From NCBI RefSeq assembly GCF_009914755.1, contig NC_060925.1: a stretch of DNA of 64,000 bases; one strand, written 5' to 3'. The notes under the pieces are model-generated. The model saw only the letters and a list, made by a program, of their open reading frames with translations. It was not told the DNA's origin and made no database searches. Position 1 is the stretch's first letter; each line of letters begins with the position of its first letter. Position numbers and translations under genes: made by a program. This DNA comes from the human T2T-CHM13v2.0 reference genome, Homo sapiens. Shown in pieces: positions 34,716 to 51,376 of the stretch.

Positions 34716-35784
34716 TAAAATGTCTCTTGATAGAGCTGTTTAAAAAACTACAAGTCTTTACATGGGGGTTAAGATTTTCTCTTAATTTCATTTATTGTAG
34801 GGCTTTTAGTAATCTAAATTTTATTTTTGTATAGTCTAGCTATATTTTCTACAGGAGAAACAGACTTAGTCTATATATCTCCGTAGGTCTTCTTAGGTTT
34901 CCATGGTATTACTAATTGTTATGTCTATAGAGTGCTGTGAAACAATCCTATCAATAGTTTCTGGCCAAACACTTGTTTGACTAAGCCACAAAGGCACCTG
35001 CTCCATAGATATGAGGATATATTTCTAGATTGATGCCTATCTGGCTACATTCTGTAGTCTGGGTTTACTGGTGTTAATTAACTCAGTTTGTGTGTTTCTT
35101 TTGTTATCTAAATGTAGATGGTTCTTTATACCTGGCCATAGAATTATGACTTATGCATCTTATGGTGGTTACCTTGAAATTAGAACAAACCTGAGCTCTA
35201 ATCTGGGGCTGACTTTCCTCAGTCGTCTCTCTACATTCTGTGTTGACAATGCTACCATGTGAAGGCCTAAGGAATACAATGTTCATCAAATAATTAATCA
35301 GACTTTGCTCACATATGAATTAGTTCTGTTTGCTGGCCTATCAAGCAGAAGTATTTTAAACAGTTGTGAGAATGACCTTTACCAAATCATTTTAAACACA
35401 AATCCAAAAAGCTTCCACCCATGCACCCCACTTTTATGGTGTATGTTTATTTTGGGTTTTTTTTGCTTGACAGCATGCAAGTTCCTAGAAATTTTGGTTA
35501 TACTTTTAAAGAAAGTATTACCTTACTTACCTTACTGTTAAGTTATTGCTTACAGGGTAGTACATGCAAGTCCTGCACAATATCTTAACTACTAGTTATT
35601 GATTAGAAAGGAAAACACAACCATGGTTGAGAAAATATATAAGACACCTGAGGAAACTATGAACTCTTTTGAGTAGTTTATGTTTACACGAGGAGACTTT
35701 GTACTGGTACTCCCTTCCACTTATTTATGTTTCATAGTTTGCTTTAAAAAAATCATCTCAAAGAAAATATTATCTCTTGACTAG

Positions 35785-35943
<159 letters not shown>

Positions 35944-36016
35944 TAGGAAAAACGAACAAAAAAAAAAAACAACAACAAAAAAACTCCAACAGAATCCACC
36001 TGCCTAGGGCTGTTAG

Positions 36017-36298
<282 letters not shown>

Positions 36299-36599
36299 TA
36301 GTGATTATTCTCACTTTGGTTTTTTGGACTTAAATCTTTTCCAAGTGATAATAATGATATTTTTTAAAAATCCAAATTCTTCACAACCTCAAACAGTAGA
36401 TGATTTCCTGAAAACTAAAACGTGGTAATCACCAGAAATACTTAGAAGCATTTTTCATTAGTGCCTAAAAGTACTGTGGAAGAAAGATGACCACAAAATA
36501 TATAATTTTTAAAATAATGAACTACTGTTAACATATATCAGATTGGCAAAAAAAGTAAAAATGCTGAAAATAGATTTGGCATCATCTCATAAAATTAAA

Positions 36600-36870
36600 C
36601 TGAAGAGACAGAATAGTATAGTAATCAACAGCTGGTTTTAGAAACTACACTTACAGGTTTCAAATCTTGCTTTTAATTATTAATACGAGGGTGAGTGGTA
36701 TTGTTTATTAAGTAATTTTAGTCTGACTGCACCTCAGTTAAGTCATCTGTAAAATGGAGACAATGATAATACCTCACAGACTTATAACCACAAAAGTAAT
36801 ACAAATAAAGCACTTAAACAAGTCCCTGGCCCATGCTATGCATTTGGTGATTGTAAGTGATGGTAATTAC
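36600..36870 (+). mobile_element. MIR SINE
   Basis: cctcagttaagtcatctgtaaaatggagacaatgataatacctcacag..aaagcacttaaacaagtccctggc. Confidence 0.75.
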
Positions 36871-37969
36871 TGAAAATGTCTGTATTTGACCCAGCAAAAT
36901 CACATATATGCATATACCCAAGAGAAGCATCAACTAGAAACATTTGCAAGAATGTGCATTGCATTCAGCATTGTCAAAATAGCAAAAAAAAAAAAAAAAA
37001 AAAAGTGAAATACATATCAATGAAAGAATGGAAACACCGTAAATATGTATCAATAGGGGAATAGGAAGACAAAATGTGGACATGTGAACTCTCTGTACAA
37101 CAAATGCTATGTTGTGGTAGAAAGCAATGATCTAGGTTTGTGTCTGTCTGTTTGGAGAGATGCTCAGATGAAAACAATGAGTGAGTAAAGCTGCCATACG
37201 AAACATTCAAGATATAATTTATGTGATTTAAAAAAAACATGAAAATGTACAATGCTTGTGATTACAGATACATAGATAGCAGTGTAGAAACATAAAAACA
37301 AATTGTTAACCAGGTAAAAAGAAATTATTTACAGTGGAAAATAAAGTACAGTGGAAAGACAGTGCCAAACTCAGGGAACTAAAGGTGGCGGTTAAAGAGG
37401 ATTATCAGAAGTATACCATTTCCTTGAAAATACTGGATTCAAACAAAATAAGCAGTAAAGAGTAGTTAAATCTGGGTTTGGCCCATTGGATTACAAAAAA
37501 ATAATTTTCTTATTAAAAGAATACTTTTCTTATTTTAAGTTCTAAAAACTATAAAAAAAGGTTTTCTAAGGAATAACAACTTGCTTTTTTATCTCTTGAA
37601 TATACTGTGAAATTTATTATAGTTTTACATTCAGTAATTTGGCTTACTGACCCAATAATCACTAAAGGAAGTAACATACAATGTTCTTTAGTTTTTAGGA
37701 ATAAAAGTTGTGCAATACAGAGTACATGGATAATCTATTTGCAAAGTAATTCTTTTCTGAAAAAATAATCTGAAAATAGAATTTGCTCATATTCCAGAAA
37801 ACTCTGAGAGTGAACTTCCAGAATATTTAAATATTATAGATATCAATTTACTTTGCCATGAATTGTTCCAATATGAGCAAATTTATGGGGAATGTATATT
37901 TTATTTAAATATGACTTGGAGGACTCTAGATTATCAGTTAACTATCTGTATTTGTTCTTGAAATTGTAG

Positions 37970-38370
<401 letters not shown>

Positions 38371-39109
38371 AAGCTGGTATAAAATGAAGTGTCAAAATAA
38401 TAGTATATAGCCACAAAACTGGTCTGCCAAAGGCAATACAGCATATCACCTTTAAAAATCGTATCTGGTTTTGGTTTGTAAAGGAAATCATTAGAAGAGT
38501 TTATGACTGCTTAGGAAGTTGAACTGGCTGGAGCTGGTAGACACACAGTAAAGGATAAGTACATGTGTCTTAACCTATTTATTAGGCAATTATTCTCACA
38601 GCTAACCTAGCATGTAGTTCACTATAATTTCAGAGAGTTTGCATAGCTGTCCTCAAATTGCTCAGTTGTCAAAAAAATGTTTTGTGTTTTTTTTGTTCCA
38701 CCTATGATTTCCAGGTTACTGAGTCATTCCATAATCTACCAAACTGGTAAATTCAGAGTTTCTAAAGACCAGGAGTGTGCTTTTAATCACATGCAGAACC
38801 ATTTAATGTTTAGGATCAAAGTGGGGTTAAGGTGGGGGTGGAGGTGGAGCATGCAATAATGACCAAGTGACTCAATCCCCCAGAAGACCTGTACTTATAA
38901 TGGAAGAACTAGCAGACACAGGGTAGTCTCAAACAGAGTAGTGTTTTATTGTTGTTTTCTTGCTTTTCTAGCTGATAAATTAACCTTATTCAATATACCT
39001 GCCCTACTAATCCACATAAACACATAAGCTGTTAGAGACAGTTATACATTTAAGTTAAACATTCTTATGAATGTTTATTTACTATAGAAAAGACAGACAA
39101 TTTTTTTCA

Positions 39110-41590
39110 CTAAATAAATGTGCTTGAGTTTCTGCTATGTGCCAAGTACAATTCTAGGCACAAGAGTCAAAATGATCTGCAAGTGGACATGGGAAGAAGG
39201 ATGAGAGGATGTGATCCAGATCACAGATGGAAGCTGTGAAATTATTCCATTTAAGCAGACAGTAAGACAGAAGATGAGAGTAGAAATGCAAGTCGGTTGG
39301 TAAATTTGGTATTGGGAAGTTGAGGCAGCTCTTGCCTGATGATCTTTCATTTTTCAAGAAAATGTGAGGCTAGGTCATCAGTTGAGAGTTGAGAGATACA
39401 AGGGCGAGTAGGGCAAAGAAGAGCTCAATGCTTGAAGGGTATAAACTAGTTACCTCAAAGTATAAAAACAATCTCCCTAGGCAGAGGCAGTAAGATTGCC
39501 AGAAGTTATCATTTGATCACCTGAAATTTATGATTATAAGTTTAAAGAGGAATTAGTCAGTTGGTTGTATTGTTTTCTATGGCAGCATTGAGCTCTTTGG
39601 GGGTAGAGGCTGTGTATGCAGATAGTTGAGTTAAACCTATCTAGGTTTTGAAAAGTGACTATTTGAAAATAGTGAGGCAAACGAGTTGAGGGTGTTTACA
39701 AATGAATGATGACTGAGGTGGAAAATAAAAAGCAAATTGGCCACATGAGGGAGGTGAGAGAAAGTAGTAAGGATAATAAGTTGGAGACTTTGATAGAATT
39801 ACAGATTGCTAGGTTGAACATATCAGAATAAATGACTAGGAATAATAGGGGTAATTTTCAATAGCACAGATAGTTGAACTTATGATTTTAGAGGTGATGT
39901 AATATTTGGAATGAAACCTACAAAGGTGGAATGATGAAAGTGGATGACTGGGAAGTGGAGGGAAAGTCATGGGAGGTGAAGAAGCTAAGAAATGAAGAGA
40001 CTAGAGTCTTGGATAGATTATTCTTGTCAATGTTGAATTAACCAAAAATGATGACAGACCTTGGAAAGAAGAGAATATACTTAGCCAAGCCTAAAACTAA
40101 ATGAGGTGGAGTGATTCAGAAATCAATACCTGACACTTCCCAGTGAAGCCGGTGGATAGAAGCTAGTATAGTATGATGGCAGGAATATCAAAGTGCTTGG
40201 TTGATTTGAAAGCAAATGAGTAGAAATGGTTTGCAAGTAGAATCAGGGATCAAGGAGAACACGTATCTTTTCTTGAAGCTGTGAGGTAAATGGGGTGTGA
40301 GGAGGAAAGTCAACTTTTTCTTAAAAGGGCTGCTGAGTTATTGGTGGTGTCCTTAGCTGACATCCAGGTTTTAATTGGTGGAAAGAAAAAAAAAAGGGTG
40401 AAGTGACTGTTGGGAGAAGATGATTAAGATAAATGGGAGTTCACAGATGACAGACGATGGGCATCAGAGGGCAGGGAGGAAGGCACTGATGGGTTAGATG
40501 TAAGAGACTGGGTTGTATCTGAGGATACAAATAACCATTCAGGAATAAAAATCTGGGGAATGTGGATGCACTGGGAAGCTTAGACTTGTGATGGCAAGTG
40601 AAACAGGTAGAGATTTAAGAGTGACAGATCCTTTGTGTCTTAGATGAAGGTGAGCCATTAATTCCACCTATAATCCTGAGTATTGCTACAGGGCATAGGC
40701 TGCCTCGGTGACTACACTCACAAGAGCACAAGGTGTTGTAACAGTTTCCAAAACATCTGGTCCTTCATGCAGCTCATGGTGGTGTTCAAGTGGCCTAAAA
40801 TTCAGTGATGATATTTTCTTTCACTCAATTACGTAGCAAAGAATGAGGTTTGAAACAGGGTGCCATAATTAGTTTGAATGAGGGTACTATGCTGAAAAAA
40901 TATATGTCTATATACACACACGTATCTACATGCGTGTGTGTGTATATAAAATCTTACCGAATTGTACATGAGGAGCCTTCTCAGTTTCAGTTATTTGTAA
41001 CATTATCTATTATCATTAAATATTATTCACTTGACAAATACTTATTTAAGGACTAGTGGAAAGACTGTAGGCAGGGGTGTCTTCCAGAAGAAATTGGTAT
41101 TTAAACTGATACCTAGAGGGTAAGAAAAGTTATTAGAGCAACCAAAAGGGGAAAGGGTAGTTCAAGCAAGAAAAAAAAAAAAAAGTGTTTATGTGCCAAG
41201 AGTTGAAGAACAGCTTGGCCCTTCCAAGAATTGAGGAAGCTGGTTTGGTAGAAGTATTGAGGGACCCAGTAAGGTGTAAGGCTGGAGAAACAGTCAGGGG
41301 CGTATCAATAAAGACTTTTTATGCTATTTTGAGGAGGTTTGTTGTCCTCTTATAGTGATGGAAAGCTGTTCATCTTCAGAAGAGCATCTTCTGTTTTGTG
41401 TTTTAGAAGGATTAGAGCAGGCGAGATTGAAGACAAAGAGGCCAGTTAGGAAATTGTTGATGTTTTACAAGCGAGAAATGAAGGCAGACTGGATTAAGTA
41501 GGAAGAAAGAAAACTAAAAGGATTTGTGTATAGAAATGATGGATCTTTTCTGACTAATTAGGAACTGTGGGTGAGAGGAAAGCAATCTGG
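39110..41590 (-). mobile_element. Decayed antisense L2 fragments
   Basis: Purine-rich L2-like sequence starting taaataaatgtgcttgagtttctgctatgtgccaagtacaattctaggcac; ggccagttaggaaattgttg; boundaries approximate. Confidence 0.6.
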
Positions 41591-41973
41591 AAGGTGTAAA
41601 CAAATTAAGAATGAACTTTCAAAACATGTGCCAAGTCTCCTAAGAATGTGTTGTCTCCAAAGTTTATTTCTGATCATTTAAAATAACTTACCATTGCTTT
41701 TGCAATATAGATCAACATCGGTCTAGTGGTTTCAATTTATATAAGAACAAACTATATTATTTTTCTATCAAGCAGCTCTGAAGAAGGAGACATAGTCTGT
41801 TACATATATATCTTTAGTGCATACTAGCCCTGTCAAAAGGACTAAATGCCTGAGCAATTTAAAGAAAAAAAATCAGAGGCAAACCGAAAAATTATGGCCT
41901 ATAGGGAGCATATGCAAATTTCACAAAAATTAATGAAATGCTTTTCCTTAGGGAGCATCTTATGATGCAATAA

Positions 41974-42120
<147 letters not shown>

Positions 42121-43291
42121 TAGTTTATTTTTTTATTTTTTGTATCAGATAAAGTTAAGCTCTTTTGGATTTGTTTAATGTGGGACACACAGTCATATAA
42201 ATTATCTTGAAGCAAGTTTTCAACATTTGGTTGTTAATAGGGAAGAAGTTACTAGGTATTAAAATACTAGTTATTGCAAGAACTTATAATCCTGAACATT
42301 TACAATGGGCTTTGGAGGGTAGACTGTATTCAGTGTTTTCTTTTTACCAATTATTTCAGAAATGGGTTGTCATAAAAGAGAAATATATAAAGCTGGGAGA
42401 AAAAAGAGCAAGTCTCTTTTACCCATTTTCTTTCATTTTTAGTTTATTTCAGTTATTTACTCCAGGGTAATTGACAAATAGTAAAAATTACATCCATTTG
42501 TTCTCTATATGTTTCCTTTTTATCCCTTATAACTGGGAGGTTGAAAGTAAGGGGAAAATACTCTATAAATTCTAAATCTTCAAATTTAACAGATCAAAAT
42601 ATGCACAGTTTCAATACTTGAATTCTACTATTTAAGCATATTAAAATGATCACATATGGTAATTTTATTCAGCTGCATAAACTAAAATTAGCATGGATAA
42701 AATATAACACAAGTTGATAAATTAGATGACCAAATAAATCAGATCAGTGCATGGTTGACCTAGTTAATTTTCATAGGAGTCCTTATGAATGTAGTTTAAA
42801 ATATGGAATTGATGGTGATATGGTTAATCAAATCATTTGACCAAGTTATTATAAATTATAGAAATTAAGAAACAGTGAGAAATTATAGGTCAAATAATTT
42901 TCTGGGCTAAATAATTAATCAAAGCTACCCATATAAGATTGTTAATTTAATATTACTGGAGTATAATTGAGGGAAAAAATCTACGCTATGTATTTTGTAA
43001 ACTTATATCAAGCAGAATTATAATAGTCCATGGGAAATTAAAGTATATGTATCAAAGATTAAATAATCATATATAATGATATGATATCTCTTTGTTGTTT
43101 GACATGGAATTATGTTCCATGTTTTTTCCTGGAATCCTTTTTCTTAGACTTTTGTTGTATAATTTGTTTATCGACAAGTACTGAATTTTATATAGGATCT
43201 TATTTCATGTAGATCAGTAAGTTTTCATAATACAATCTGTCCCTTTTTAAATACTTTCAAATTTCCACATGACAATGAAGAAGAAATTTAA

Positions 43292-43474
<183 letters not shown>

Positions 43475-44377
43475 TAAATTGCCAAAACCCAAGATCCAAA
43501 CATTTTAAAATAATATCTATGTTATTAGGGCCATTCATTAAGCGATTTTATAAAAGAATAATGAGCTTGGTCATAACTACATATAGATTGACATGAGAGT
43601 TTCAATTTCAATGCTACAATTTAACTTAATGAAAGATTTAAAAATACTATAACCTAATAACCTGAGACAAAATAAGATAATGCTATTGGTTATATTTTAT
43701 GACAAATATAGCTATAATCACATCAATTTTAAAAATAGTAAAATTTGAGCAAATACAAGTATTTGAAAATGTTTATACATACTCAGATACCCAAATTGTA
43801 GGCAATGACAAATTTGTATATTTGTATGGTTAGAAACTTTTCATTCAGATAAACTGAATTATTAGGTGAGTCTGTGTCATATCCCCCCACTTTTTTAATT
43901 AACTGAGAATTCAAACAATGAAACTTTAGTCATTTATTAAATATTTATTATTTATACACTGTTGGATTTACTTATTTTCCAAAGTTTCCTAAAGCACACA
44001 TTCATAGAATATTAGTTTAATTAGGAAATATAATAAGAATGTAAAGACACTAATTAAAATTAGTATAGACACGATGAAGGTAATTTGAAATGCTTAAGTA
44101 ATTCCTTTTTACAATCACATTAACCTTTATAGAGAAACAAAAATGTGTGTCTTTTGTGGAAAGGAAAATTTGTTTCGCAAGATATGTTGTAATCTTGATT
44201 TCACATTATTAGCTAAGAATTACTATTATCTGTATAATTATTTTACATATAGCTATTACATTGTTTCTTGTAAGAAACATAAGAATATTACTATTTGTAT
44301 GTAACAGCATTGATATCAAACTGACTATATTTCCAAATGGTTACTTTAAGAATCTACTGAGCTCTCTTCTGTAGTAA

Positions 44378-45340
<963 letters not shown>

Positions 45341-46164
45341 GTATGCAAAAGATTTATGCTTTTTTATGCCCCTCTCTCTCCCCTAAATCTCACTCTTTCT
45401 CACCCTCACCTGGTCCCCTTCCCCTGTACATGGAAAGTTGCTTTTTATGTTTTTTGTTTTAAAGGAATATAAGTCCAGATTTCTAGCATGGAATTCCCAC
45501 AATCCTTTCCTTCATATAAATTGTGAAAGCTGGGAAACAGGATGGAAGTACCGGCAGGACTCCCTGTCTTTGTCAGAAATTGTGGGGTTGTAGTTGGTAG
45601 ACAACAGTTTGTAGTAAGAAGAAACACTTTTGTGGTTCATCTACTCTTCAATCTGGCCCTTTCCTTAGCTATGTAGACAAAATATATAAAGCTGCTTATG
45701 GTGTTGGTCAACAAGATGACAGAGACAAAGCTCCAAAAGATGCAGCCTCCTTCCTCAAGAACCACTGAAGGGACAGTGGGACCTGAGTTATTGAAAGGGT
45801 CATGAATAACATTGACTCATGCCAGCCATAAATATTGAAGAGGTCATGATAAGCATGTGGAAAAGAGGAGCAAACCTCAAAGACCTACACTAAGGAAAAC
45901 AGCTGTTCCGGGGGTGTCCCAGTCACCTCGATTGTGCTCAGCTTCCCTTTTCTTACACAAGGAAACACCACATATTTATTAAATGGGTCGCCAGCACTTA
46001 AATAGATTCTGGATTTTTATAAGTAGGTTTCAATTTTAGAACACAATAATTTTCATTTAATAGAAAAGAGGCACAGACAGAGAAAGAAAGGGAGAAAGAG
46101 GGAGACTGATCCTTTGCATATTTCAAATAGGAAACAAATTGTTGAATTGTCTTCTTTTATCTAG

Positions 46165-46323
<159 letters not shown>

Positions 46324-46509
46324 TAATGGATCTGGTAGCAAAATGAATATAAATTACTCTATGCAGGCAAGGCCATCATATAAATAATGTTTCAGAATAA
46401 CATTTTAAAATTATTTAAATAGAAGTAACTGTGAAGAAAATATGACTATCAAATTAGAAAATAAGCTGAACTTCACTCCAGTTAATGCTCTCTTCAATTC
46501 TGATTTTAG

Positions 46510-46731
<222 letters not shown>

Positions 46732-48146
46732 TGACTTCTCGGTTCACATGTTGTCTTATCTAGTTATCCTCATATATGAAACACATAACCACAGTAAAAA
46801 CTTCTTATGGAGTCGGTCACTCTCTTGGTTGTTTCCACAACACAACTATTGTAGAAATATAATAGAAGTGATTATATTATAGTGCAATAATTTTAAGTTG
46901 TGTTTTTTAATACTTGGTGTCATGTCATCTTTGATTCCTTGGTAGCTAACATTGAGCCAGGAATGTCATTTGTGTGAATGAATTAATGAATGGAAGGGTG
47001 TGTGAACAGATAGGTAGATGGGTATCACCTTACACATATACCCATATACATTGATCTACTCTATTAGGTGTCACAAAGACACCTAATATGTTTAATGAAC
47101 ACAAAGTTTATTAAACATATTTTAAGTTAAATATTAACTGAAATCACAAAGCTTAGCAATTTTGATTTGAAACTCATTATTTAATTTTCTAAACTGAACC
47201 AAAGGCAAAGATTGTGGTAATATCAATAATACTACTAGATTTTATTAGTTTCTTCATCTGTGATAGGTGCTTACATATTCACCTTAAATAAGCAATATAA
47301 TTGAAAGAAAGATATATAATATAAAAGTTTACATGAAAAAGAATATTGAAGTAAATGAGAAACGAAAAATAGTAAAGTAAAATGAGAAATGTTTATCTAG
47401 TGAAAAACTTTTGGAATTTTTGAAAAAGTCTAATTGTTATTATTGGAATTGCATATACTAGAATCAAGCCTTAAGAAATATATGAATTTTCAGCATTTAT
47501 GTGGAAAGAAAGCTGAGGAAGGGAAGTTTACACTGTAAAACTATATATGTTTCTTAGAATATGATTTATGTACAATAACTAAAGTGTCCTGCTGATAACA
47601 TATTGTTTAAATTGAATCTTTATGATAATGCTTTATACTTCTCATTGTTTGGTAAACTATTTGATTGCCCTCTTTTTAGTGAATAATTCTACTAGGTATT
47701 ACTTTTCTACTGATGCAGAAGTGAAAACATTTGTGAAACGTGGTAGAGAGGCAGAAGAGTGAAGAAGAGCATGTGTTCTAGTAATTTACAAAATATTAGG
47801 TCTAATATTTCTGATTACATCAGCTTTCTCTTCTCCAAATCTTGGTTTCCTTATCTATCATACTGGCATTCTGATATTGGTTTCAACAACTTCAGATGTA
47901 AATAAAAATGCATTAAAATCCATAAAATACTAAATAAAAGAAAATATATTTGTAAAGTCGAAGACAAATAAGTTTTCAATTCCAGGATTATCACACTCTT
48001 AAATTGAAAAATTTGCCTAAAAATGCATTTAGCGTAAATAATTTGGTTCTTGAAAGAGGTTGGAATAAGATAATTATGATAAACATGAAGCAAAAAATAT
48101 ATTCTCTCTCTTCCTGTTTTTATTCTAATATCACCCTTTTTGGTGA

Positions 48147-48344
<198 letters not shown>

Positions 48345-48614
48345 TAACATGCTCGGAATTTTTTTTTTCTTTTTGACGGTTTCCTTTTTTCTTTTCTCCT
48401 CTCCTTTCCTCTCGTTTGTTCTTTTTTCCCCTTTCCTTTTCTCTTCTCTATTTTCTTTCCTATTCTTTTAGCTTTTCTACTTTTACATGATAATTCACAT
48501 TAAATTATTATAAGTCTAAATAAGAGCCTAAAGTTTACTAGCACTTTGTTGTGACAGTTCATGAAGAGCCTTTCCCTAAATGCTCATGAATTTCTTAATT
48601 TTCTTTCCTTCACT

Positions 48615-49165
48615 CCTGTATCGATTTGTGTTGTGTAACAAACCACCCCCAAATTTGGGAGCCTAAACAAATAACATTTATTATGGTTCAGTAGTCTAAT
48701 GATATGCTGGAATGTTCTGCTGGTGCCCTCAGGCTCAGGCAATAGAGACCAGGCTGACTCATGTGTCTGCCTTCAGCTGATGTGTGCCCTACAGTTTGGC
48801 TGGTCTAAAGTGACCTACACTGCCAGTAGGCTGGCATGTGGCTGCCATTTAGCTATGGCAACAACAGTGAGTGGGCCACATGTCCCTCCTCATCCAGAAG
48901 ACTAGCCCAGGCCTATTCACATTAAAGCAGCAAGTTCCACAAGGGAAAGAAGACTTGTGTGAGACCACTTGAGGCCCAGGCTTAAAAGTGACACACATGT
49001 CTTCTTCTGTATGTTATTAGCCAAATAAATAAGTCATAAAGCCTGCCCAGATTCAAGGGGTAGGGAAATAGACTCCACTTCTTGAGAGGGCCTGCAAATT
49101 CACATTGCAAAGAAATGTGGATACAGGAAGGAAAATAAGTTTTATATTCTTGTAATCGATCTATC
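48615..49165 (-). mobile_element. MLT1-type (ERVL-MaLR) solo LTR in the last intron
   Basis: gtgtaacaaaccacccccaaatt..aacatttatt; aagactagcccaggc; gcccagattcaaggggtagggaaatagactccacttcttg are characteristic MLT1 motifs. Confidence 0.8.
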
Positions 49166-49821
49166 GTGTATACCCTCTATGTGGTAGTAACTGTAGATGG
49201 TCATCTGGGAATTAATCCTTATTCACAGTGTAAACTTAATTACTCACTAAAATATATAAAGCTTTTAATCATGTATGATATTGAGATTTCATATCTTGGT
49301 ACTTAAAAATGTATCAAATGCTTGCTATGTGCTCTTGCTATAAAGAGCTAATTGGTATGAGGGAAAGCCAGGTATTTACTAATCAATGTAGTGAGTAAAA
49401 TGACAGAAAAATTATAAGAAGAACATGAATGAGGGCATTTAATTTAAACTTTAGGAATCAAGAAACGCTTCTCGAAGCAGTGATTCCTGCCCTGATTCTT
49501 AAATAATGTGTAGGCATTAGACAGGAGGATAAGTACAAAACGTGGCATCATGAGCAAAGGCATGGAAATGGCCCATGAGCGGAGTGAACACTGGTTTGGG
49601 GTTGCTCCAAGGTAAAGTTCAAAAAGTATCCTGCAGTCAACCCTTTAGCACCATAAAGAAACTAAATTATTTAGATGTTTTTATGAGAACATATCAAAAA
49701 GTACTTTTCTGTCATCCAATACTTCCACAAATAAATCATTAGTTCTTGCTAATCTTCATCTGGCATAAAAATAATGACATCAACTTTCTTCATGTAATTT
49801 CCCACTTAATTCCTTTACTAG

Positions 49822-50097
<276 letters not shown>

Positions 50098-50346
50098 GAA
50101 AAGACATAAATGAGGAAACTCCAAACCTCCTGTTAGCTGTTATTTCTATTTTTGTAGAAGTAGGAAGTGAAAATAGGTATACAGTGGATTAATTAAATGC
50201 AGCGAACCAATATTTGTAGAAGGGTTATATTTTACTACTGTGGAAAAATATTTAAGATAGTTTTGCCAGAACAGTTTGTACAGACGTATGCTTATTTTAA
50301 AATTTTATCTCTTATTCAGTAAAAAACAACTTCTTTGTAATCGTTA

Positions 50347-50408
50347 TGTGTGTATATGTATGTGTGTATGGGTGTGTGTTTGTGTGAGAGACAGAGAAAG
50401 AGAGAGAA
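50347..50408. repeat. Imperfect (TG)n/(AG)n repeat in the 3' UTR
   Basis: Read directly from the sequence. Confidence 0.8.
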
Positions 50409-51163
50409 TTCTTTCAAGTGAATCTAAAAGCTTTTGCTTTTCCTTTGTTTTTATGAAGAAAAAATACATTTTATATTAGAAGTGTTAACTTAGCTTGAAG
50501 GATCTGTTTTTAAAAATCATAAACTGTGTGCAGACTCAATAAAATCATGTACATTTCTGAAATGACCTCAAGATGTCCTCCTTGTTCTACTCATATATAT
50601 CTATCTTATATAGTTTACTATTTTACTTCTAGAGATAGTACATAAAGGTGGTATGTGTGTGTATGCTACTACAAAAAAGTTGTTAACTAAATTAACATTG
50701 GGAAATCTTATATTCCATATATTAGCATTTAGTCCAATGTCTTTTTAAGCTTATTTAATTAAAAAATTTCCAGTGAGCTTATCATGCTGTCTTTACATGG
50801 GGTTTTCAATTTTGCATGCTCGATTATTCCCTGTACAATATTTAAAATTTATTGCTTGATACTTTTGACAACAAATTAGGTTTTGTACAATTGAACTTAA
50901 ATAAATGTCATTAAAATAAATAAATGCAATATGTATTAATATTCATTGTATAAAAATAGAAGAATACAAACATATTTGTTAAATATTTACATATGAAATT
51001 TAATATAGCTATTTTTATGGAATTTTTCATTGATATGAAAAATATGATATTGCATATGCATAGTTCCCATGTTAAATCCCATTCATAACTTTCATTAAAG
51101 CATTTACTTTGAATTTCTCCAATGCTTAGAATGTTTTTACCAGGAATGGATGTCGCTAATCAT

Positions 51164-51169
51164 AATAAA
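51164..51169 (+). terminator. Candidate polyadenylation signal AATAAA
   Basis: AATAAA followed by a U/GU-rich tract (ttttttttcttgttt; ttgtgtt) 13-45 nt downstream. Confidence 0.6.
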
Positions 51170-51370
51170 ATTCAACCATTATTTTTTTCTTGTTTATAAT
51201 ACATTGTGTTATATGTTCAAATATGAAATGTGTATGCACCTATTGAAATATGTTTAATGCATTTATTAACATTTGCAGGACACTTTTACAGGCCCCAATT
51301 ATCCAATAGTCTAATAATTGTTTAAGATCTAGAAAAAAAAAATCAAGAATAGTGGTATTTTTCATGAAGT

Positions 51371-51376
51371 AATAAA
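51371..51376 (+). terminator. Candidate distal polyadenylation signal AATAAA
   Basis: AATAAA with U/GU-rich sequence downstream (ttggtttggtttt at about 51436). Confidence 0.6.

Noticed and set aside
38821-38848. G-rich stretch as a possible G-quadruplex
   Set aside because: Only two runs of three or more G; at most a weak two-tier structure.
40909-40948. Inverted repeat TATATACACACACG..CGTGTGTGTGTATATA
   Set aside because: Self-complementary composite microsatellite of a kind that is common in mammalian DNA.
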